Shown here: positions 1 to 6,432 of the stretch, in pieces
How positions within the stretch are numbered: position 1 is the first letter of the stretch
Layout of the letters: each line of letters starts with the position of its first letter
DNA from: Candidatus Saccharimonadota bacterium
GTDB lineage: Bacteria > Patescibacteriota > Microgenomatia > UBA1406 > GWC2-37-13
Length of the DNA stretch: 32,000 nt
NCBI GenBank assembly: GCA_016700135.1
Contig: CP065004.1
Location: 240,001 to 272,000 of the forward strand
Direction of reading: 5' to 3'
The notes under the pieces: model-generated
Databases searched by the model: none
Told to the model about the DNA's origin: nothing
The model's input: only the letters and a program-made list of their open reading frames with translations
Position numbers and translations under genes: made by a program

Positions 1-937
1 CCGATGCCACACCGTACGTAAGTGATGTCGAAGACATGAGTACGGGAGAAAGAACGGAAGGAAAAGCCACAGCAATAATATTGACAAGGCGTGAATAAAG
101 ATCTGTCACAAACAGGAGTTTCGGTGCTCCGAATTTTTTAATAATCTTCCCGCTATACCAGAAACTGGCCGTAGCTCCGATATTTGAAAAAGTTTTTGCT
201 ATTCCGATCGCCCATACCGGCCAAAGCGTATTGTAAAACGCGGCCTGAAATAAGTACGAAGCTTCTCCGAATCCGAATGAAAGAACTGAAGTAATGCTCA
301 GCAACCTGAGTTTATAATTTTTTACAAATATACGGGCCGCTTCTCCGATATGCTCATAGATATTCCCGGTTTCTTCCGTTTGCACCTCAGGATCGATAAT
401 ACGAAAGGCTATCAAAAGACATGCTAACTGTGAAAGGACAGAAAGCCACATTACCAGCGGAAATGACCAAACAGCAATAATTCCACCGACCACGGCTGAT
501 ATTCCCAGTGCTATCTGAAACATTGAATCCAGCTGCCCTACATACTGATCATATTCATCCTCTCTGCCCTCCTGCGACAATGTATCATGCAAAAGTGCAT
601 CGTTGTTCCCGCTGTAAAATGACCGTGACAATCCTTCAAGAACCGCGCCGATCACAAGTATCCAGAATGATTGACCGACAGCATAAAACACTGAATACAG
701 GACCGCTGCTGCCGCTCCGAAAATGATTGTTTTCCTTCTTCCGACAAAATCGGAGAGCACACCGGTCGGGACTTCAAAAAGCGCCGATGATACCATTGTG
801 ATGGAGAAAATACTCATCCCGAGAGCATACGAGCCGGTGACCTGGGCAAAATAGATGATAGCGATCGGTGCATACAGCCTGAGATCGGTAAAGAAATTAA
901 ACCACTTCAATAGTTTTATATTGTTCTGAAGAGACAT
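1..937 (-). CDS. MFS-type transporter, partial (C-terminus runs off the window start)
   Basis: Not in the ORF track because no stop lies in the window. My translation of the minus strand from ATG 937-935 gives MSLQNNIKLLKWFNFFTDLRLYAPIAIIYFAQVTGSYALGMSIFSITMVSSALFEVPTGVLSDFVGRRKTIIFG..., open to position 1. It has many hydrophobic spans and a D-x-x-G-R-R-K loop like MFS motif A. Confidence 0.7.
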   Translation of the reverse strand, partial: MSLQNNIKLLKWFNFFTDLRLYAPIAIIYFAQVTGSYALGMSIFSITMVSSALFEVPTGVLSDFVGRRKTIIFGAAAAVLYSVFYAVGQSFWILVIGAVLEGLSRSFYSGNNDALLHDTLSQEGREDEYDQYVGQLDSMFQIALGISAVVGGIIAVWSFPLVMWLSVLSQLACLLIAFRIIDPEVQTEETGNIYEHIGEAARIFVKNYKLRLLSITSVLSFGFGEASYLFQAAFYNTLWPVWAIGIAKTFSNIGATASFWYSGKIIKKFGAPKLLFVTDLYSRLVNIIAVAFPSVLSPVLMSSTSLTYGVAS

Positions 938-986
938 ACGATAATTATAGCAGGAGTTATTACATTGTATCTTTCTTCAACATAAT

Positions 987-1004
987 GACAGTATTTATAC
1001 TGTC
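987..1004. promoter_or_regulatory. Perfect inverted repeat GACAGTAT-tt-ATACTGTC, 50-67 nt upstream of the MFS start
   Basis: Read directly: gacagtatttatactgtc. It lies between the DUF4180 stop (1044) and the MFS start (937). No U-tract follows on either strand, so it looks more like an operator than a terminator. Confidence 0.4.
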
Positions 1005-1043
1005 TCAAGATAGTTACAAGTAGTATGCCAGATGTTGCTGGTA

Positions 1044-1397
1044 TTATGACTCACACCATCTTTTTACAGCGTCCTCCAATGACTTTACAAAAAGATACTC
1101 CCCCCGTTTGTTACTTTCATAAATGAACTCTTTCAGTATTTTGCTGGGATAAGCTTCAAAATCTCCGATTACGGCAAGCTTTACGAAGTATGTCGTGAAT
1201 TTTTGAAGAATTGATCCCAGTTTCCTTGTACTGAGATCGAAGAAATCCCTTTCAAAATTGGAGTCAGACAAAACAATATATTGAGCCCCGGCATTTGCCA
1301 TAAGATCCAGCGCATCCTGTTCATTTCTGATGAGTATATCATCCGATATGACTTGGACAATTTCATGCTCGCCTGCCGCGATTCTTTTGAGTTCCAT
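1044..1397 (-). CDS. DUF4180-like small cytoplasmic protein
   Basis: 117-aa ORF. The stretch FDLSTRKLGSILQKFTTYFVKLAVIGDF...FIYESNKRGEYLFV matches my memory of the DUF4180 signature. TATTAT (1404-1409, minus strand) sits 6 nt upstream of the ATG. Confidence 0.6.
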   Translation of the reverse strand: MELKRIAAGEHEIVQVISDDILIRNEQDALDLMANAGAQYIVLSDSNFERDFFDLSTRKLGSILQKFTTYFVKLAVIGDFEAYPSKILKEFIYESNKRGEYLFVKSLEDAVKRWCES

Positions 1398-1446
1398 ACT
1401 CTGATAATAACAAATATTGCTGTAAAAGCAAAAATCAATATATCGC

Positions 1447-1476
1447 TTGACAATATATCGACTGTCGATATATAAT
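1447..1476 (+). promoter_or_regulatory. Sigma70-type promoter of the PadR operon
   Basis: TTGACA 1447-1452, 18-nt spacer, TATAAT 1471-1476. The ATG at 1483 is only 6 nt after the -10, which implies a leaderless or near-leaderless transcript. Confidence 0.7.
1453..1473. promoter_or_regulatory. Perfect 10+10 palindrome (ATATATCGAC-t-GTCGATATAT) filling the promoter spacer; candidate PadR auto-operator
   Basis: Read directly. The arms 1453-1462 and 1464-1473 are exact reverse complements and overlap the -10 box. Confidence 0.55.
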
Positions 1477-1482
1477 ACTTTT

Positions 1483-1818
1483 ATGCATCAGTCATTATCA
1501 CAATCTGAGTTTTATATACTGCTTTCTCTTGCCATAAAAAACCGGCACGGATACGAAATTATGAAGCAGGTAGAAAAAGATTCAGGAAAAAAAGTTCTTC
1601 TCGGTCCCGGAACGCTATACGGATCAATCAAGCGTATGCTTGAATCCGAACTTATTCACGAAGTCCCCGGTGACAATGCCAGACGCAAATATTATGCACT
1701 AACCGAAAAAGGCAGACAGTCATTGTCTTTTGAACTACAACGATACAACGATGCCGTGGAGCTTGCAAAAAGGAAAGACATATTCAAAAATCTCGGGCTT
1801 GTTCAGTTGGCCATTTAA
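1483..1818 (+). CDS. PadR-family transcriptional regulator
   Basis: MHQSLSQSEFYILLSLAIKNRHGYEIMKQVEKDSGKKVLLGPGTLYGSIKRMLESELI is a typical PadR winged-helix N-terminus. I chose the internal ATG at 1483 (ORF track starts at 1447) because the promoter lies inside the longer ORF. Confidence 0.8.
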   Translation: MHQSLSQSEFYILLSLAIKNRHGYEIMKQVEKDSGKKVLLGPGTLYGSIKRMLESELIHEVPGDNARRKYYALTEKGRQSLSFELQRYNDAVELAKRKDIFKNLGLVQLAI

Positions 1819-1821
1819 TGT

Positions 1822-2367
1822 ATGGATTCTAACACAATACTGAGATCGGAACGTATTTATAAGTTCATTCTCAAACTTTATCCCCGCCAATACCGCGAAG
1901 AATTCGGAAAGGAGATGCAGTTTGTATTTTCTGAAACTCTGAAAGATTCTTACGAACAAAACGGCACACAGGGAATTATCAGTTTTTGGACACGGACGAT
2001 GAGTGATGCAGTTATCAGTTTGATTACTCAGCATTTACAAAAACAGAAAGGAAAAAAATCTATGAAAACAAAATCAACAAGCATTCTTATGCAAAACAAA
2101 ATTTTCGGCTGGATTGCACTCGGCACATTAGGAATATTGCTTATTCCATTGATCGGGATGCAGTACAGTTCTGAAGTCGACTGGGGATTATTCGACTTCA
2201 TTGTCATCGGAGCCCTTCTCATGGGAATGGGAAGTCTGTTTGTGATGACTGCAAGAAAAATCAGAAGTACTAAGAACCGGATCATAGCAGGAATTGTGTT
2301 TGTACTAGCTGTTTTCTATATGTGGGCGGAGCTTGCGGTAGGGATATTTACGACACTTGGAAGTTAA
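1822..2367 (+). CDS. PadR-coupled membrane protein, function unknown
   Basis: 181-aa ORF starting 4 nt after the PadR stop. It has a soluble N-terminal half followed by 3 hydrophobic spans (IFGWIALGTLGILLIPLI, FIVIGALLMGMGSLFVM, IIAGIVFVLAVFYMWAELAVGIF). Confidence 0.6.
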   Translation: MDSNTILRSERIYKFILKLYPRQYREEFGKEMQFVFSETLKDSYEQNGTQGIISFWTRTMSDAVISLITQHLQKQKGKKSMKTKSTSILMQNKIFGWIALGTLGILLIPLIGMQYSSEVDWGLFDFIVIGALLMGMGSLFVMTARKIRSTKNRIIAGIVFVLAVFYMWAELAVGIFTTLGS

Positions 2368-2383
2368 CTTTCTTTTGAGTGTC

Positions 2384-2412
2384 GCTGGAGCGGTAAGGAT
2401 TACCGCTCCAGC
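2384..2412. terminator. Strong hairpin between convergent genes (12-bp stem, 5-nt loop)
   Basis: gctggagcggta-aggat-taccgctccagc, with perfect complementarity. Only a weak T-tract follows, so its function as an intrinsic terminator is plausible but unproven. Confidence 0.5.
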
Positions 2413-2451
2413 TTGTGACGCACAATGCGGAGAGGGCGATCTCCGACGTAT

Positions 2452-2691
2452 CTAGGCATCGTCTACTTTGTGGTAGACGTTCTGCTCGAGCTGCTGGGAT
2501 TCAATCTTACGAACCGTACCTCCGTTCTCAGAGAAGGTGTACACCGTCACCCACGGGATGGGGATACCCCAAAAGCTGCCCATGGCCGTACCGGTATACG
2601 TGATTTCGACTGTGTGCCCAAATCCGTGCGACAACAGGTAGGTTTTACCCTTCTGAAGTTCGCTTGTCCTAACCTTCGGTCCGCGTGCCAT
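2452..2691 (-). CDS. Small hypothetical protein (79 aa), beta-rich
   Basis: The ORF is preceded by GAAAGGA 8 nt upstream of the ATG (RBS-like). The amino-acid composition looks protein-like (TYLLSHGFGHTVEITYTGTAMGSFWGIPIPWVTVYTFSENGG). The competing plus-strand ORF 2425-2823 is Arg/Ser-rich and has no RBS. I recognise no family. Confidence 0.45.
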   Translation of the reverse strand: MARGPKVRTSELQKGKTYLLSHGFGHTVEITYTGTAMGSFWGIPIPWVTVYTFSENGGTVRKIESQQLEQNVYHKVDDA

Positions 2692-3065
2692 CTTGTATTC
2701 CTTTCATACGATAGATACTGCACGACTTTGCTTTCGCCCTCTCAACGTGGAGATGAGAGCATTCCGTGCTCTCAAAGCAAAGATAAAGCCGGATCAATAG
2801 ATATAAATTATCTACTGACCTGACTTTATCTTCACTTGAACGAAAGTGTAGAATCCAGCAAGTTTAAAATGTGCATCGCTGTTTTTCGTAGCAAAAACTC
2901 TATAAGTTTTTATATCTACATCAAAACAACAGTTTGCCGTAATTCATCGAGCCATAAAGAGCTTTTCTCTAAGGCATGAATCACAGTACGACATTGTAAC
3001 AGTAACAAGCTGTAAATTCAATATTATGGGATTCATGAAGAACTAACCGAAGAAATTCACTGGCT

Positions 3066-3100
3066 GTCACTAATAGACGCTATTAGAACCTATTTTATCA
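3066..3100. repeat. 35-bp direct repeat, copy A (overlaps the stop codon of the 3090-3614 gene)
   Basis: gtcactaatagacgctattagaacctattttatca matches copy B at 3639-3673 at 30 of 35 positions. Confidence 0.8.
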
Positions 3101-3614
3101 CTTCTTCAACTAAACCTGCTACATATTCTATGGTATGAATATGATCAGTTTTCCATTTTTTCCAAACAGAGGAGCCCCAATCCTGGACTAATTTTTTATG
3201 TTCAGACGGATTATTTGCTTTTAAAACATCTGTCACATTGAGGGTTTCTTTGAAGCTAGGGGGAGTAATCCAGTGATAGTGTTTATCAATTTCTTTATTT
3301 TCTGCGGCTCTCTTGATAATATCTCGAAGAATTTTGTCTTTAAATCCTTTTTCAAAAATATAGTAAAGACTGATAAGATGAATATTAACTGATCGAACTG
3401 CTTTTCTATTATTCTCATCCCCTGGATGCGTGACAGCATAAGAATCAACAACAATTCGATGAATAAGCGGATCGAAGTATTCTGCCAAGTAGTCTTTTGC
3501 AAGTATTTCACCATATAATTTCCAGCAACCCGAAAGGGAGAGTATGTAGGGGTGAGTCGGCCCTTTTATGTCCGGAACTCTTGCAGTACAGGAAAAACAG
3601 ATTGTAGTTTTCAT
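3090..3614 (-). CDS. DUF5946-like protein (N-terminal CxxC; family name from memory)
   Basis: MKTTICFSCTARVPDIKGPTHPYILSLSGCWKLYGEILAKDY...VVDSYAVTHPG. I chose the ATG at 3614 because TACTAT lies 6 nt upstream, matching the window-wide leaderless pattern. A longer form starting at 3671 or 3674 is possible. Confidence 0.55.
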   Translation of the reverse strand: MKTTICFSCTARVPDIKGPTHPYILSLSGCWKLYGEILAKDYLAEYFDPLIHRIVVDSYAVTHPGDENNRKAVRSVNIHLISLYYIFEKGFKDKILRDIIKRAAENKEIDKHYHWITPPSFKETLNVTDVLKANNPSEHKKLVQDWGSSVWKKWKTDHIHTIEYVAGLVEEVIK

Positions 3615-3638
3615 ATATTTATAGTAACTAGTTAAGTT

Positions 3639-3673
3639 GTCACTGGTGGACGCTATTAGAACATATTTCATCA
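3639..3673. repeat. 35-bp direct repeat, copy B (just upstream of, or in the 5' extension of, the DUF5946-like gene)
   Basis: gtcactggtggacgctattagaacatatttcatca. There are 5 mismatches to copy A; 4 of the 5 are transitions. Confidence 0.8.
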
Positions 3674-3768
3674 ATTCAAATGTACTTTTTCAACCAATTC
3701 ACCAGAGTATAAAATAGAAATCTGAAATGATATCATTTAGATGAATTTTACTATTTTATTGAAAAAAA

Positions 3769-4293
3769 ATGAATAAAATAATACAAAAACTAGCACAAGG
3801 CGACATGAGAACGATTGGTAGATCGCAAGAAGTTGTCGAAGAAGTACTCAATGATAATTCATTATTTCATGAACTTTTTGAAGGACTATCTGATTCAAAT
3901 CCAGCGGTAAGAATGAGGGCTGCAGATGCTTTAGAAAAAGTGACTGCTCAAAAACCTGAATTACTTAAACCATACAAAAGTAAGCTGGTTGAAATATCCA
4001 AGGAAGCAACACAACAAGAAGTTCAGTGGCATATCGCACAAATGCTTGGATTATTAAAATTAGAAGATAACGAAGCTGTCGTAGTGTATGAGATATTAAA
4101 CGATTATTATCAAACCACCAAAAGTAATATTGTTAAGGTAATGTCACTTGAAGCTATGTGTCATATTGCTCAATCTGATGAAGCTTTGAAGGAGAATGTT
4201 GAAAAGATTTTGATAGATGCAATCAAGCATAGCTCGCCATCAGTTACAGCCAGAGCAAAGAAGCTGAAAAGAAAATATTATAAGCTGATTTAG
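3769..4293 (+). CDS. HEAT/armadillo-repeat protein (DNA-alkylation-repair-like fold is possible)
   Basis: 174 aa, all-helical repeat character, with NPAVRMRAADALEKV typical of HEAT repeats. The stop abuts tRNA-Gln. Confidence 0.5.
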   Translation: MNKIIQKLAQGDMRTIGRSQEVVEEVLNDNSLFHELFEGLSDSNPAVRMRAADALEKVTAQKPELLKPYKSKLVEISKEATQQEVQWHIAQMLGLLKLEDNEAVVVYEILNDYYQTTKSNIVKVMSLEAMCHIAQSDEALKENVEKILIDAIKHSSPSVTARAKKLKRKYYKLI

Positions 4294-4364
4294 CTGGGGG
4301 ACATGGATTCGAACCATGATAAACAGATCCAAAGTCTGTTGTCCTACCATTAGACGATCCCCCA
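4294..4364 (-). tRNA. tRNA-Gln (anticodon UUG)
   Basis: Minus strand: TGGGGGA TC GTCT AATGGTA GGAC A ACAGA CTTTGGA TCTGT TTAT CATGG TTCGAAT CCATG TCCCCCA G. I folded the full cloverleaf by hand. No CCA is encoded. Confidence 0.9.
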
Positions 4365-4372
4365 TTGCGTAG

Positions 4373-4618
4373 TTATTTACTTAGTCTTCTTTTAAGATAA
4401 GCTCTTCCAAATCCTGTCTTTAACTGCTTCTCTCGTTCAATCGCTCCTTTTTTCGACCTACATGCTTCATAGTACACCACTACCCACGGAACATACCTCT
4501 TCGTAGAAGTAACATTTTTATTATTATGTTCTTCTATTCTATGTACAAGGTCCGTTGTCCAACCGATGTACAATGTACCGTTAATGGTACTCTCTAGTAC
4601 GTATGTGTAATAAAACAT
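4373..4618 (-). CDS. Mini GIY-YIG nuclease-domain protein (81 aa)
   Basis: YTYVLES..GTLYIGWTTDLVHRIEEHN matches the GIY-(x10)-YIG plus R..EHN motif of the URI/COG2827-type family. Confidence 0.8.
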   Translation of the reverse strand: MFYYTYVLESTINGTLYIGWTTDLVHRIEEHNNKNVTSTKRYVPWVVVYYEACRSKKGAIEREKQLKTGFGRAYLKRRLSK

Positions 4619-4621
4619 ATT

Positions 4622-4678
4622 CTACCATTAGACCTGCCCGCAATGCTTCGCCTAGCGATGCAGGCGGACGATCCCCCA
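4622..4678 (-). repeat. Duplicated 5' fragment of tRNA-Gln (nt 1-21), split by a 33-nt insert
   Basis: Plus-strand ctaccattagac (4622-4633) equals 4344-4355, and gacgatccccca (4667-4678) equals 4353-4364. They are separated by ctgcccgcaatgcttcgcctagcgatgcaggcg (4634-4666), and the triplet gac is present on both sides. Confidence 0.8.
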
Positions 4679-4747
4679 TGGAGATGCTCTATTTTACCAA
4701 AAACTCCCTCAATTGACGAGCAAAACGGCTATAATATGCGATTAGGC

Positions 4748-5317
4748 ATGAACAGCAATGAAATTTTATACGGTACACGCGAGGATCTTGGCCTTGATTT
4801 TGTTGATACTATTGCACGAACTGAAAGAACCGGTGTTTTCAAAGATCCGGTATGTACGCTAGCTGAATCTCTTTGGGTTGCCTATTTGAAAGAACTTCAA
4901 ACAGTTGAAAATCGCTACAAACCGGATTTGCTTGCTGTCACGTCTTCCCATTTTTCAAGCGGATACAAAGCAACAGGAATTCGAAAATCTATTGCATACG
5001 GAGAAACTACGATCCTCGTCCTGAGCGGTGAATTTGCGGGCTTTCTTGCTAAACCTCACCGAATTGATATCGAAAACATATACGGTCCGACAGCAATAAT
5101 CAGAAGACCGCTTCTTGCAGTAACCGGAACATTTGATCCGATCCGCCGCGCTGCTTGTCGGGAATACACTTACGAAGGCCAGCTCATGGTACTTGACGGT
5201 ATTCTTGATAATCTGACACGACTTGGTGTCCCGTTTGACGAAAATACAATGATCAGCAATATCGACTATTTTTCTTCATTGATGCCTATTCCTCCTTTCC
5301 CCGATATTGAGCGTTAA
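4748..5317 (+). CDS. Hypothetical protein, no family recognised
   Basis: Long ORF with protein-like composition. The ORF-track start at 4643 reads through the tRNA fragment, so I prefer ATG 4748 (or 4736), downstream of TATAAT 4730-4735. Confidence 0.5.
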   Translation: MNSNEILYGTREDLGLDFVDTIARTERTGVFKDPVCTLAESLWVAYLKELQTVENRYKPDLLAVTSSHFSSGYKATGIRKSIAYGETTILVLSGEFAGFLAKPHRIDIENIYGPTAIIRRPLLAVTGTFDPIRRAACREYTYEGQLMVLDGILDNLTRLGVPFDENTMISNIDYFSSLMPIPPFPDIER

Positions 5318-5354
5318 AATGCCGTAATTTGAAAATTTATGATAGAATTGGGCT

Positions 5355-6224
5355 ATGAAAGAAGGCATCGTACTCCTTTTGGGGAGACCAAATGTAGGAA
5401 AATCAACATTTGTAAATAACATCATCGGACAAAAGGTGGCAATTACATCACCGAAGCCGCAAACCACACGATTCCCTATCCAGGGATTGTTTGAGGATGA
5501 ACGGGGTAAAATCATATTTACCGATACGCCGGGTATTTTTGACAAAGCAAAAGATACCATGGCCAAAAAAATAAACGAACAGACATATGGCGCAATCAAC
5601 AAAGAGGCTGATGTCGTCCTTTATTTTGTTGATCCCACAAGACGCCGCGACTTTGAAGAGGCAAAAGTGCTGGGAATTGCCCGCAAAATGAAAGCCCCGG
5701 TCATACTGGTCATCAATAAGTCAGATGAAAGACAAAAATATCTTCCTCAGTACAAATTTCTTGAAGAAGAATTTGCTGAAGTAGTGCATATTTCCGCTCT
5801 GAAAAGCCATAACTTTGACCAGCTTCTTGAATTGATTTACAATCATCTGCCGGAAGCGGGAGATCAACCGCTCCTTTCCGAGGAACGGGTGTATCCGCTT
5901 CTCAATATGGACAGTAAAGCTTTCATAGGAGAGCTTATCCGGGAAAAAGTATTTTTGATGATGGGTGAAGAAATACCCTATTCTACTACGGCAATTGTCG
6001 ATGACATCAAAGAACGTGATAACGGAATGCTTTACATCAAAGCCCGTATCTTGACCACAAATGAACGGCATAAAAAAATGATCATAGGAAAGGGAGCACG
6101 GAAAATCAAGGACCTCGGAAGCTATGCCCGGAAGGAAATCGCACTGGCTACATCCAAAAAAGTCTATCTTGATCTGACTGTCGAAACCGATCCCCATTGG
6201 CAGGAAGTATTGTATTCTTCCTAA
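5355..6224 (+). CDS. era: GTPase Era
   Basis: G1 GRPNVGKST, G3 DTPG, G4 NKSD, and a C-terminal KH-domain region. TGaTAGAAT (5340-5348) lies 6 nt before the ATG. Confidence 0.9.
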   Translation: MKEGIVLLLGRPNVGKSTFVNNIIGQKVAITSPKPQTTRFPIQGLFEDERGKIIFTDTPGIFDKAKDTMAKKINEQTYGAINKEADVVLYFVDPTRRRDFEEAKVLGIARKMKAPVILVINKSDERQKYLPQYKFLEEEFAEVVHISALKSHNFDQLLELIYNHLPEAGDQPLLSEERVYPLLNMDSKAFIGELIREKVFLMMGEEIPYSTTAIVDDIKERDNGMLYIKARILTTNERHKKMIIGKGARKIKDLGSYARKEIALATSKKVYLDLTVETDPHWQEVLYSS

Positions 6225-6286
6225 GAGATAGAGCTTTGTAGTATCTTCCTCAGGGTATTTTTGATATAATTACGACTACGTTTACT

Positions 6287-6363
6287 GGTGGCTGTAGCTC
6301 AGTTGGTAGAGCACCTGCCTGTGGAGCAGGTTGTCGCGGGTTCGATCCCCGTCAGTCACCCCA
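6287..6363 (+). tRNA. tRNA-His (anticodon GUG) with encoded G-1 and CCA
   Basis: G GTGGCTG TA GCTC AGTTGGTA GAGC A CCTGC CTGTGGA GCAGG TTGTC GCGGG TTCGATC CCCGT CAGTCAC C CCA. An extended -10, TGaTATAAT, lies at 6262-6270. Confidence 0.9.
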
Positions 6364-6432
6364 CGTTTCCGACTGTTCCCCATGTTTTCACTTCGGGACT
6401 ACCGGACTTCCATCCTGGGTTACAATTACACT

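Noticed and set aside
2425-2823. 132-aa plus-strand ORF in the GC-rich patch.
   Set aside because: It has Arg/Ser/Pro-rich low-complexity composition and no RBS or promoter. It overlaps the better-supported minus-strand 79-aa ORF, which has a GAAAGGA RBS.
2823-3065. Possible decayed paralog of the DUF5946-like gene downstream of repeat copy A (a short minus-strand ORF, MSYCDSCLREKLFMAR, has a CxxC motif).
   Set aside because: Beyond the 35-bp repeat and a CxxC in a 16-codon ORF, I could find no collinear similarity by eye. I kept it only as a hypothesis inside the repeat finding.
4619-4630. An extended -10-like TGgTAGAAT, created by the tRNA fragment directly in front of the GIY-YIG ATG.
   Set aside because: The hexamer ends immediately before the ATG. 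Transcription would therefore start inside the conserved GIY motif region, which is not compatible with producing the intact protein.
2384-4700. Classical integrative element or genomic island at tRNA-Gln.
   Set aside because: No integrase, recombinase or transposase ORF is present. I found no direct repeat of the tRNA 3' end. Only the 5'-end duplication next to the GIY-YIG gene is supported.
4643-4747. N-terminal extension of the 4643-5317 ORF (MLRLAMQADDPPWRCS...).
   Set aside because: The extension is a read-through of the duplicated tRNA-Gln fragment and its 33-nt insert. A -10 box lies downstream of it at 4730-4735.
5721-6197. Long antisense or alternative-frame ORFs inside well-supported genes: 5721-6197, 13374-13808, 16076-16549, 21413-21874, 22027-22671, 29011-29466 and 30579-31049.
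   Set aside because: Each lies fully within a gene that has strong family motifs on the other strand or in another frame. Their sequences are low-complexity (Ser/Arg/Phe/Ile-rich) and lack start signals.
6331-6432. N-terminal extension of the SRPBCC ORF.
   Set aside because: It overlaps the 3' half of tRNA-His on the same strand. The TACAAT-N6-ATG arrangement supports a start at 6433.
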